The position numbers and the translations under genes are program-made. This document shows, piece after piece, positions 52,101 through 64,000 of a DNA stretch of 64,000 nt. The notes under the pieces were generated by a model. The model had not been told where the DNA came from and made no database searches. It saw nothing but the letters and a program-made list of their open reading frames with translations. The first letter of the stretch is position 1; every line of letters starts with the position of its first letter. The DNA is from Schmidtea polychroa (lineage: Eukaryota). The stretch covers positions 34,350,001 through 34,414,000 of the forward strand of contig CM097885.1 in NCBI GenBank assembly GCA_044892525.1, read 5' to 3'.

Positions 52101-54595
52101 TAATAGGGTATTTGATTACCCTTGTATATCAAAATGACGAAAGAATCTGGCAAGAGTCTTTCTGAAGAACAAATATATAAAATAATTGGTTTGTTGTCAT
52201 CTCCAAATTCTCAAAAGATGAGGAAAATTGCCCGAAAATACAATGTTAATGAAAAATCAATTCGAAATATCAAAAATAATCAGAAAGAGATAAAGACGTA
52301 TTGAAAATCTCACTGACTCGGTCATTCTTTCTACTAGAAAAAACCCATAACTGATCTAATAACCACAACTGATTTAAATCAAACTAGCTCGGATTTAATC
52401 ACACTTCCGAAATTAAATTTCTCAGAAGCAGATAATTAAAAGAAAATCTCATTACGAAAACGAAAACAAACTAAAGAGAGATCAAACAGATTTTGATGCA
52501 AAGTTCCGACGAGCGAAGAAAACATTAAGAAATATTTGTTCGCAAATTCAAATCAGAAAAACTTGATAAAAAGTAAAATTTCATTGGATTATCTATTTGT
52601 AGAAATTTCATTTATTTTAGTTTTGTATAATTAAATTTTCGAAGTCAATAAAAGTTTGCTGAATTCATTTTCTATTTTTCTTTTCTACATATTATAGATA
52701 TGTAGAGAAATATGATATTTAGGTCTAAGAGAAATGATTCATTCGATCAAGGATCCCAATTTTTGGGTTTTGGGGCGATTTTGTGATGATGGATAGACTA
52801 CAACATCAAAATGATTTGTATGCGGAACGACGAAAGGGAAGTGAAATGATTCTTGAATCTGAAGATTAGCTGGAGTTTCGAATGTTAAATATGATCTTGG
52901 ACCAGGATAGCTGTTCTTTAGAACAGCAATCCTACGACCAGTAAAACTACGTCGGCGTTGAATGTATTAACACGCAAATCTTGCGAGGCCTAATTAACTC
53001 ACTTCCAGTCATCCGATCCAACTGAAACTTTACAATTAGGCTAATTGTTGATGATAATGCGTTTTATTAAGTTGTGGTCCCACACTCACACACACACACA
53101 ACTCATTAACACATCGAAGTTGAATTTACAATACTAAAAAGTGAAATTTTAACGGCTTTTTGAATTTTGAAAATAATAATATGAATTTGAAAAAGGATAT
53201 TAAGAATTTAAACTAAAATCTGTGTTTTAATGATTGATTTTTCCCCCAATAATTTATTAACGACAAAATTTCAATAAACTAATTATGTATTCTCCGCTAT
53301 CATTTACGACTTCTTCTCATCTTCCATCAATTTCGAGAAAAATCTTCCAGTCTAGTTTTGAAGTAGTCGTCAAGCAAATTCTTGAAGTTGCCGAATGTCT
53401 TGACGTGCATTTGATTTGAAAGCGAACGGAAAAGGTAAAAACAAGTTGTTTCGAAAATGCAAATATTTTTCAAACTGGCACTCTGTTGAGGCCAAAAATA
53501 AAGATAAATCCAAAATTTCGAGGAAAATGATGACAAATTTCTTTGAGAATAAAGAATTTGCTTTCGAAACACATACAAATGGCAACAAAAATTCGATTGA
53601 AAAAAAAATTACGAACTTAAGACTCACTTAATAAATAACAAATATTTGTGAACTACCGAAATAGATAATAAATAAATTAAATAAAAACAACCAATAACTG
53701 TATTCATCTATTTTCGTTTTAGAAAATTTATTTATTTCCGATTTATAATTAATTAAATTTTTATTTAAATTTATGATTAAAAAATTTATTGCTGGGGTGA
53801 GGGGATTCCAAACTTGTACCCTAAGTTTTCATCGCAATGAAAAGTGGAATCCATTTAGCGTGTATTGCTGGAATATAATACAATAATTTGGTAAATTCCA
53901 CTAAAATCCATATAATATAATTCTATTTTCGCAAATGAGTATAAAATCTCTTTATAAAATTATGAATCTTATTATATTTAATAGGCAGATAACTGGTGCA
54001 TTATTAATTTAAAATGTCTATTTATAAGAAATTTTAATAATTTATAAAATTATAATACCTTCAATAATAAATTTGACTGGAGATCACAAACTAAATATGA
54101 TTTCATTTCTTCGTCAGCTTTATATAAATTTAAGATGTTAGTTAATGATATTGAATCGTTTACAATAGACCAGTCTTTCAAAGTAGAATTAACTTTTATT
54201 AAATTCTTCTCTAAAAGATTAATTTGTTCAAATTTAATAATAGATAACTCCTCTTCTTTCAAATGGATTACATCAATTTTAGTTGATAAAAATTTATTAG
54301 ACTTAGAAACTGGTATATGTCTCGGATTAATTATTAGGCATTCAGAATTGATTGCTTTATAAATGTCAACAACATAAGGATTTACAATACATGCCAGCAT
54401 AAGTCTATAGATTATGAACAAAATTTCGGAAAATTTTGAATGGTATAAATACACAATCACCAATAATAGAATAATCATAACATCTCTAAAGACAACTTTT
54501 TTACATTTTTTCAAATATATTTTAAGTAAATTGTTTCTTAAATCATTTCGGGAATATTTCCTAATTATCTCTTTGTAATCTGTGTCGAGAACCAT
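40139..54595 (-). CDS. C6orf89/BRAP-like membrane protein; exons 54059-54595, 51665-51854, 50993-51019, 40139-40407 (340 aa)
   Basis: GT-AG junctions keep frame (537+190+27+269 = 1023 nt). N-terminal hydrophobic segment, then CLIINP, CDLQSNL, WSHC...KLFRKHFKKPIFLP...W and VQIHG...LNKGQIL...W, which resemble C6orf89-family motifs from memory. Gene model stronger than the name. Confidence 0.65.
40743..41401 (+). pseudogene. Merlin (IS1595/ISXO2-like) transposase remnant
   Basis: SLRKGSW; AKTL...GSIIYSEEWPTY; NFVNPETGVNTPHVES...FMFRER; several stops and frameshifts. Confidence 0.8.
42409..42945 (-). pseudogene. hAT transposase remnant (Buster/SPIN/GTF2IRD2-like)
   Basis: ALDE, TTKGVDIY, VTDGAKSMAG, VVKIINTIR and IRWLS motifs across frameshifts. 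Confidence 0.85.
45990..46208 (+). pseudogene. BEL/Pao retrotransposon pol fragment
   Basis: TKRRLSWITHFFDPLG...IVGKKIMQE matches the BEL/Pao TKR...FDPLG...K..MQ motif. Confidence 0.6.
46260..47201 (+). pseudogene. Polinton/Maverick-type protein-primed family B DNA polymerase remnant
   Basis: KFIDS, IFPYD, YLKLDILLLVDYFEQFR, PGMSWYSAL, IELLQD..MY.YFE..GVRG, YIDINNLY, GYTLEV.LE.P..IHD motifs in the expected order, with stops, frameshifts and deletions. Confidence 0.8.
51962..52304 (+). mobile_element. pogo/Tigger-type transposon 5' remnant
   Basis: TA|CAGTA terminus and a CENP-B/psq-like HTH peptide (LSEEQIYKII...RKIARKYNVNEKSIRNIKNN). Confidence 0.6.
53285..53440 (-). pseudogene. mariner transposase C-terminal remnant
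   Basis: YLFRSLSN...F...LDDYF...F, followed by a GEYI-like end. Confidence 0.5.
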
Positions 54596-57500
54596 ATTAC
54601 TAAATTTTTTATGAAATGTAGAATATTATTTCAAAATATAGGTCAAAACAGATTTTTTTTAAAATAGATATTTAATTCAAAAATTCACTTAGTAAAACAG
54701 TTTTATATATATGTTTAAAATATGATATTATTATAAAATTCAAAAATTATGAACAAACTTATAAATTCTAAATAAGTATACTTATATAAATATATAAATT
54801 ATAGAATTTAATTTAGAAATGATGAGGTGAATTTTATTGTTATCGAACTGAACAAGAAAGGACAATCTCAGTGATCTTCTGAGCAAATGACAATTTTAAT
54901 TATATTGCATTTAAGTCCTAGTTTCTGAATCTTCATATTTGATAATAATTATTTTTTGGAAGCAACAGTTAAAGTTATTTTTCTAATATCTTGGACATGT
55001 TCCGGTAGGTTTAAATTTTAATTTTGAAATCGTTTCTATATATTTATACTACCTTGAGGCTGGTACATTAATACATTTTGTAAAAATAAATTAGTTCATG
55101 TTTGTATTTGAACCATATGAGTTTTAGTATAGTGCAATAGGTATAATGGATTAAAATTGAGGGTGCGTAGATTTACACTATTCATTTTTTCTGCCTTTGT
55201 TCAGGTGTAATCGAAATTTTGGACAGGGATACCCTTTATTTCTAAAAAATGAAAATTTAGACCTTTGATATCGATTTACAAGTAGTTTAGAAATACATAA
55301 CTATAACTACATAACTATACATAACTAAATTTAGCATTTTACTGTGAAAGAACCGGTGGATAATCGAATGGAGAAATTAGGCCAAATTAAACTACACATT
55401 TATAATAAGTTCTAAATCTCCCAGGAAGGCGTACCAGAAATTTTATTATTATTAGAATTATGTCGCAACCCCGGTCATCCTCAACCTTCCTCTTGCAGTA
55501 GTACGTCTAATAGATCTAAGATTGCCTAGCCCAGTGCCGGTAATCCATACGCCTAAGTAGCGAAATCTATCAAAATCAGATAGAAATGCACAGAAGTGAA
55601 GCAGAAAAGCCGCAGCAGTTGCCCAGCTCCATGACTCTATCGATCCACCTTACTCACTATAGAGATACCTGACGAAGCCTATTTGATGATAGCAGGGGAA
55701 AATGAGTTCCAGTTGGATGCCCTACTGGTCAATATTGAACGCAATAGCTTGGACTTTTGTGACGGTCTATTCCACTGTAATTAATCTGTGGTCACTCTAA
55801 TATAATTTTGTTTTGTTAATCGTTGTTTTAATAGTTTACATTTCATTTTTTTGTTGATGGTATTTATTTTGAGAACAAAGAATGAAATAAAAGGGATTGA
55901 AGTAATTGATAGGACTGTGAACTACTTGTCGAAGTTTACCACAATGAAAAGAAAGTGATTTGTGGACGTAAAACCTCTTAACCACAGCTCACCTGTCTTT
56001 TATTTTTCAACAACAACGGGCAGCACCAACATGTCAATTGATATGGGTACACTGATTAGAAGCATCTTAAGTCATGAGCGTTGGGATATCGAACTTACGA
56101 TCCACCTGTCAACCTTTCTTTTGATCACCTAAACGCAGCACTGGGATTTAGCGATGTACAAATTATTATTTTTTTTCAAAGACAACTGTTTAATTAGCCA
56201 TAGAAACATTTTCATTGGATAAAAATCCCGAATTCATAAATTGAAGAAGTTTGAATTACAACACTTTATTCAAAATTTATTTTTATATTTAAAACTTGAA
56301 AAATGGAAATAATAGATTTGTCAATATGTAAATATTTTTCAATATTATATTTCAGGAAAATTACATTATTAGTAAATAAATTTTCATTTACCATCATTTA
56401 AATAATTTAACATGTATTCTTTTTTTGAGAGAAATTGATATGCAAAAATTTTTCATTACAATCTCTTTAAAATTATTTAACAGATGTTCCTTTTTTGAAA
56501 GAAATTGATATGCAATCATTTATTTTACAGATAAAGCTTAGAAGGATTTTTCAATAAGAAATTAAAAATTTAATGATTTTAAATAAACTATATAGCTGAT
56601 ATTGTATAAAATAGAATTTTTAAAATGAATTATTTTAATTAAATTAAAATAAAGAATTGTATCAAATATTTGTTTATTCTAATACTCTTTGATTATTTAA
56701 ACAAATTCGAAAACGATTTAAAAACAATTTGTGATATTTTTATTAAGGATTTTGGTTATGAATTGCAATATTATTAGGTATTTTGATAGAGATAAATATT
56801 TTATTTAAAATTTGAAATTAAGAAATAACAGTAAAAGTGATTTGTATCCTACACCTTCCACTGCAAATGTCAAAGGTTTCCCAGTAAGTTGATAAAATTA
56901 AGATAATTTCGCGAAATCATTACAAGAAAATATTATTAGGAAAAGAATTTCAATCGGTTTAGACCTCGAGTACCAGCAGAAAACATGAATGCTTCTTACA
57001 ATACTTATCGGTATCACAAATATAAAAGTAATTTTTTATTAATTCATATCAGCTTTTACATAAATATTTCTTGGTTTTAGTTTACTAAGATAAATAACTT
57101 TTTTAAGTGTATTAATTATAATTTATGCTTTACAAAAATTTATATTGTTTTTTAAAACTTAAAATATTCGTCTTGTTTATCATCAAACTTAAAGAGATGT
57201 AATATACAATTTAAAGTTTTTAATAATGTTTGTTAATTATGTTTAGTATATCATAATATTTGAATAATTAAATCGGCAGCCATTTGTGATGTGCAACGTC
57301 CAGGTGTGTCAATCATAGGCAGAATTAAACTTTTGTTACTAAGGATTAACCGATTACTGAAAATAACATTTCATTTAACATGATAAACCCTAATAAAATT
57401 TGAAAAATTGAATTATTTGTTTAGATATTCTTTATTTTTAATTAGTTTTTAATCTTTAATAAAATGTTTACTTAGTTGAGTATCATTACCATGCAAATGT

Positions 57501-60500
57501 AAAAAAATATTAGAATTGTACAATTAATTACTTTATATAATTTAACAATTTTTTATTGTTTGGTGAAATCGATTTTTATTGCACTTGGATTGTTCTTTTT
57601 TAAGTTCTAATAAAAATGAAATTTATTTGTAAACAAAGATGGGTGCCAAAAATGTACTATTGCATTTTCGTTTTTGTAACAGTTTTGTGATTGTAAACAC
57701 CTTTCTACAGGATAATGAATTTCAGACTATATGAAGAGTACTCTAATGATTTTTGAGAAAAACCAATAGATCATAAGCATATGTGATGGATGAGTTTGCT
57801 TTCCATTTCAAAGTTTCTCCATACGCGGGTCCACTCAAACTACTTAAATATTGAAATGTAATTGTAATATCAGCTGATAGTTCAATGAGTCGATTCTGGG
57901 TTTCAACAGGTAATTTAGCAACTGCAACACAATTTTTCAGGAATGTGGGGGGGGCAAATATTAATTTTTTACATTTTGGCGTTCGCGAGGCTAAACAATT
58001 TAAGAAGCGCAACAGTAGGGTTTAAATTAAACATTCATATGTTTCAGAGTCTGCAAATAGTAAATCTATTTAGCTTTTAAATACTTTTTATTATTTAACA
58101 TCAACATGACCTTGAAATAGGCTTAGAAAACATTGAATATTTGAAGATTCAAATAATTGTTATTATCCCAGCAACTGGCAACCGTGTTAATTACATCATA
58201 TCTAATGTAGTTTAGAGTAATTATAACATCATTAAACTTTAAACAAGTATTGCTTTGGATTAGCAGCTGTAAGCTTTACTGTACTCTGGCAAATAAACTT
58301 ATAAATTTAACCAGAAATAAAAAGGGTACAAGTTCGGAATTCCCCGCCCTCCAAATAGCAAACGATTGGCTGATTTTTAATGGTAAAAAATAAACATTAA
58401 ATAAAAATGTTGCAAATAAATAATTAATTAAAAAATTACAAAATAATAACTAATTATAAAATAGATTAATGTCATTGATAATTTCCGTAAAAGATTTTTT
58501 CCAGTACCACATAAAACTTGTAAGGTCTTGGGCATCGATATCTTTTACCATCAGAAGTGGATGTCAAAGGTATCAAAGGATATCAAATCCAAACATAAAG
58601 ACTATAGTTTGTTCAGTCATTATGGTGTATTAAATCTTCGTTTAGATTATATAAATCAACATAATTCATAATGATTTTAAAAAATCTATTTTATAATTAA
58701 ATAATTTAAATTAATTATTGCTTACGGAGGATTTATGTCAACAGTAAATATTTACATGAGTGTGAGTTTTGGCGGTGTTTATCAGTGGAGAGGGTAGCAG
58801 AGAAAAGTGAAATGGTTTAAAATTGAGTGAGAGCACCAAATGATGCAATTCATTGGAAATCTTATGTAATAACCTAGTAGCGTACCAATTGGAGTTTATC
58901 CTCATAAGGGGTTAATGTTAACTATTAAGTTAAATAAATCCACATGTGTTAGCACGACTCCATTGTTGATTTATTTACAGCTTGTCATTAAGCAAATAAT
59001 TTAATTGATCAATTTTCAGAACCATTTGATTGTATTAATACGCCGTTGAATTATTTATTACCAATATTTGTTTCTATACTAATAATTAATACACACTATC
59101 TATGTAAAGGAAATTTCACGTCCCTAAATTAAAAAAGGAGATTGAATTATGAAAATGAAATGTCACATGTGAATCGAATCGTGCTACCCCCTCCCCCTCA
59201 AAGTAAATTTCTATATCGATAATATGTGACATTTATATGGAAATACAATTCACCTATTATATAAAACGGCAATAAACCCGATTGCCAATATTCATTTATT
59301 ATTACAAAGTTAATATTAATAGATATAAACTACCAAGTAGTGAGCATTAGGTTGCCAGAAATTCCAATAAAATCATATCCATTGCAGCCATCATAGCAAG
59401 CTATCAAGTGTAAATATCTTTTGCTTATCGGTTTGCATGGTGCATAGTTTTAGATGCGGTATTATTGCCTTTTGATTATAAATTATTTTAATAAATATCG
59501 AATACATATTTTACACCTAAATATTAAATATTTATTAATCTAACTTACTCATATGAAACATATTTTAAAAATGGATGAAATTAGAAGAATATTTAACAAT
59601 ACTTAACAATTCCTTCAAGGAGACGTGATCTGGACATTGAATTTGAAAAAGTGTTTAGAGTAATCATTAAAATAAATTAAAATGTGTTAAATATCGATTC
59701 GGCAATAAATAAATAACAAAAATACCTTGGATATACCTCATTTTGAGAACTCTTGAATTATTTTTTTAATTATTAACTTTAATTAATATAATATAGTTTG
59801 TTGCGCTCTTTAATCCTTAATAGAATATATTCTAATATTGAAAATTCTGGTCTATCTTAATCTTTAAATGCATTGTGATGGGAATTTTCATCGTACCAAA
59901 TATTTAAATATTATTTATGATTAATGACAGCGATATATTTTTTAGTCTGGCATTAAGATAAACAGTCTGTCTATGGATTCAAGTGAAAATAAAAATATGA
60001 TTTATGTCTGTTTTTGTCAATAATACAATTTTAATAATAATACAATTTTTAATGCAATAAAAAAAATCATGCATTTAAGGGTTAATGGGTTTGACGAATA
60101 TATACGCTTATATGATATATCCTAGTGTATTTGAGGAATCGATGAATTACTATGACACAATTATTACAGACATTAAAAACTTTAGTAATTTTTCTCCGTT
60201 CATTTTTTAAAAATTATCTATTGTAAACGCTTTGTTATTTACTAAGAATTGAAATTAGTGATTCGGTTTAATTTTTAATAAATTTGCTTTTTGAAAAAAC
60301 TTTGTCATTTGTCCAGTTTTTTTTGCTTTTTTTTTGGGAAAGAAAAGAAATAGTAAAATTGATGACCCAAAAAATAATGAAATAACTATCATAATCAGAC
60401 ACAAAACAATTGTATTGGTTCGAACAAAGACATTGTCGTAGTTCATTATAAAAATGATATTTCAAACTAAAAATAGAGAAAAAAATACTGTACAAATTTC

Positions 60501-61156
60501 ATCGCCGTTCGAGTTTTTTTAATCTAGACAAAACAGATTTCTGTTTTATAACTAAAATTATTTAAAAATTTCTTGATTTTTTAATGTAAGAGAGGTAATC
60601 AATAAATAATGTAAGTAAATTATGTTTTATAAATTAAATAATGTATGTATTCACATGGCTTCATTCTAATAGTTAATTTTCAAATCACCTTAATCGACTC
60701 TGTCTATATTTCTAATAAATGAAATACAGATTGTTTCATTTAATTAAGCCCGAACAGCGGTATGCCAAAATTTCATTGTCATTTTAGTAAAGGTGATGAA
60801 TTTAAATTGTTTTCAATGTATTTTAAGTAGTTATGCTGTTATTTGCATATTTACACAATAAAATTTCAACTGTCCGTTTCATAGAAATTTGTTGAGCTAC
60901 GCGCAAGTATTGATATGTAAGAAAAAGTTCAATATTGTAGAATTTTTGATTTATTTAAAAATAATTTTAAAGTATCATATTTACCTTTGATCCTTTTTTA
61001 ATTCAATATTTTTCATATTAATATTTAATAGTATTACAAATATTGAATTTTTCAAGAAATTTTTTACAAATTTAACTAAATAACCTTTGATTGGAATTTT
61101 GAAAATTTTATATTCTATTGCTGAAAATGGTACGATATAATAATGATGCATTCTAG

Positions 61157-62454
61157 AATTCAATAAACGATCTGATGAACATATTCCGACAGATAGTGAT
61201 ATTACAAAGTCAAATCACACTATTAGTCATGATAAATTAGAATCATTTCCATTCAAAATTCTCAATGGAGATGATCACATGGAATTTACATCCTTCCATA
61301 ATAACAAAAGTTCAAATTTTTCATCTGAAAAAATGTTCGAATTAAATAAAAAGAAATTTAATGTCTCTTCGTCTTACAGTTCGAAATTAGAAAATTTCAC
61401 TGTAGAATTTGATAGTAATCTTAAAGACAATGCTGCCATTGTTGAGCAAGCAAAAATCATCGCGAAAGATATAATGAATAACCCGTTATCAATGGAAAAT
61501 AAGCTAAAGAAATCTAATCAGGAAGAATATTCACATGTTATAAAATCAGATAAACGCAAAACAAATTACAAATCGGTTAATAAGAAATACAATGATTCAA
61601 AGCCAGTTAGATCATCCGATAAGTCTAATTCTAATGCTATTAAAAATGAAAAACAGCATACGAAGATTAAATTAAATTTTCTTCAAGAATCTCAATTAAC
61701 ATCTGAACAACTTACTGATACTTGTAATAACAAGTCATCATCTGCTTCTGATTGCACAACAAATAGCCTGTTAAACAAACAAATCAATGGACTGAATCCT
61801 TCTGCATTAGAATTCACACCCAAAGTTGAGAAAAAAAGTATTGAAAAAGTTGATAAATATTCTACAGAACTTGTAGAAAACAATATTAAAATTTTAAACT
61901 TAAATGGAGATTCTGGACAACAACTACCTATTTCTAATCCGGTTGTCCTCGATGATGGATTGATTCAAAATCCTTATAATTATTCATTTTATGACCACCC
62001 TCACTATAATGCTGGTAAAATGACAACTTCAAACGATTCGTCTACTCAAATGGCTCATAATATATTTCCATACCAAACCGTATCGCCTGTCGCTCGTTCA
62101 TTATCCAGAATGAATTACACTACACCAACCCAAACCATCGTGCCACAATTTCAGGTTGCTCTTTATGGAAATAATCCACAACTAATTCGCTATAATCAAC
62201 CGCAAAACCTTTCTCCTGTCAATTATCTCGTTTATAGTCCTGTCATGATCAACGGAATGTACAATCATCTCCTTCCTAATCGAATATTTCCAATTGGTCC
62301 CACAGCAGACATTCCAGCAGCTAATCTAACACAACAATTCGCTCATCCTTTTAATCATTGCACAATTAATAACAATCACATTTCAGTGCCCAATAGTCAA
62401 CCATATTTTACCGATTCTATCAGTAACAATGCCAACGGTTCTCATATCAGATGA
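61157..62454 (+). CDS. ATXN2: Ataxin-2-like protein, large terminal exon (LsmAD, PAM2, low-complexity P/Q/N/Y tail)
   Basis: Acceptor TTCTAG at 61151-61156 opens a frame containing TDSDIT, MFELNKKKFNVSSSYSSKLENFTV...AKIIAKDI (LsmAD-like) and LNPSALEFTP (PAM2). Upstream Lsm exons not resolved; 60885-60916 is a candidate. Confidence 0.8.
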
Positions 62455-64000
62455 AATTTGACAAATTACTGGTTTATCTTTCTTTTGAATTTGCAATTCG
62501 TTACTGAAAAATATCCAAATCTTGTTAACCGACTATAAGCAAAATATTTTTTACCAAAATTCATAAATCAAAACTCAATAAAAATTCCACTATTCTTTGT
62601 TTTTCTTTCTGTTTATTTTTCTTTAGGCTTTCATACACGATTAGATATTGTATAATAAACATGAGTGATGGAATTATTACTATTATAACAAATTCTATTA
62701 TCTTCTGTTAGCCTTTCTGAATACAGTTGTTGGTAGCAGATGATAGTTATTCATTTTCATTATCGGTTATTAATAATGATATTTCAATGTCAATATGAAA
62801 TTAATTTGAAATATTACTATTAATAATTTAATTATTAGTTATTTGTAATGATCTATTTCTTGTTTATATTTCGTCGAAAGCTTCAATCAAGGTTTTATTG
62901 TAAACACTTCATAGAAATCAGACTGAAATTTTTATTCTTGGTAAATGAATTTTGCCATGCTTTTCATTTTAATGCTTCTTCATAATAGAAACTTGTTAAG
63001 AAAAATTGCAAAATGGAAAATAATCGGAATTTATTTAGTGGTTTGTTGTCATTTTATATGCATATTGTTGTGGATGAATTAATTGTTTCTTTTTTTGTTA
63101 TTTAAGATGCGTGAATATTTACAATGTTAGATTTATTGAAATTATTATTTGTGATAGATTGATTCTACTAGTTTTAGTAAAGTTTGGTTGGATGCGCTTT
63201 ATTGTTATTTATATTGAAGTTATTTTTTATTCGGTCAATAGATAATTAATGTATTGGTTTATTTTTATTCGAATTCGAATTTCTAGTTTGTCATGCGAAT
63301 CGAGTGTTCACTTGTGCTTGTTTCATTTGTTGCAATAATTGTAGGGTTTTTGGATTTTTTTATTATTCATAATTTGTTTTATATGCACCACTTTTGATGT
63401 TGGAAACTAGGTTACATTTAATAATGAAGAATTTCTATTTTGTACATGATGATGACAATCAACAAGTTGTATGAAGCGCTTTATTATTATGACAAGTAAT
63501 ACTTATAATGTATTTCATTGAACTTTGAGACCGCAAAATATAATTCAATTGTTTTCGTGCTGTTTTATTATATTTAATTAATTTGTTATTTGAGCATCTT
63601 TTACTACATTTTAACCGATGAAAAATTAGTTTTAACAAAAATTAAAAGAAATAAACTTATTTCACTAGAATTCAATATTGTCGAGTTATTACTTTGGAAC
63701 TACTTGTAATTTGTGCGTTCATTATTATATATAAATATATTTTAGACATGAGGATTATTGTATATTTATGCTGTTTCTAAAATTGGATGACAAATACATC
63801 ACAATTCTATTAGGTAAAAAATTCAACGTTTTCTAGATCAGAATGAGAAGCTCGACGCAATGAGTCTTATTTTTATTACATAATCTTTTTACTACGAATC
63901 CAATCTCTAATTTTCGCATTTTCGATGAGTTGCTTCTACTTTTTATGGATTGGTTGGACTTTTCTTAAAGAAAATTAAAAAATTGTGGATTTAATTGAAT

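Noticed and set aside
57743..58012. 89-aa ORF with weak hAT C-terminal resemblance
   Set aside because: Only a short LPVETQNRLIEL-type similarity; too weak to call.

Overview
Very AT-rich, repeat-dense eukaryotic (animal) genomic DNA with spliceosomal introns; the style suggests a planarian-like flatworm, but that is inference only. Most of the window is nested transposable elements. Three large insertions have intact ends. (1) A 9.37-kb element with no large ORF (2496-11861), with AGTAGT...ACTACT termini, a 6-bp TSD (TTTGCA) and ~2.3-kb terminal inverted repeats packed with AP-1 / nuclear-receptor / HMG-box motif arrays; best read as a non-autonomous Polinton/Maverick. (2) A young, very compact Ty3/Gypsy LTR retrotransposon (12414-17384, minus strand) whose coding region runs from LTR to LTR and has a -1 frameshift signal. 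(3) A 4.2-kb intron-containing Sola2-like DNA transposon (18073-22247). Also present: piggyBac and hAT MITEs, a solo LTR, and decayed piggyBac, Merlin, hAT, BEL/Pao, Polinton-polymerase, pogo/Tigger and mariner fragments. Host genes are an intronless CYP2-clan cytochrome P450 split by an in-frame TAA, a four-exon C6orf89/BRAP-like gene on the minus strand (40139-54595, with a 27-nt microexon), and the large 3' exon of an ataxin-2-like gene (LsmAD + PAM2). Several GC-richer hairpin clusters are not explained by these features. All alignments and folds were done by eye; no database searches were run.
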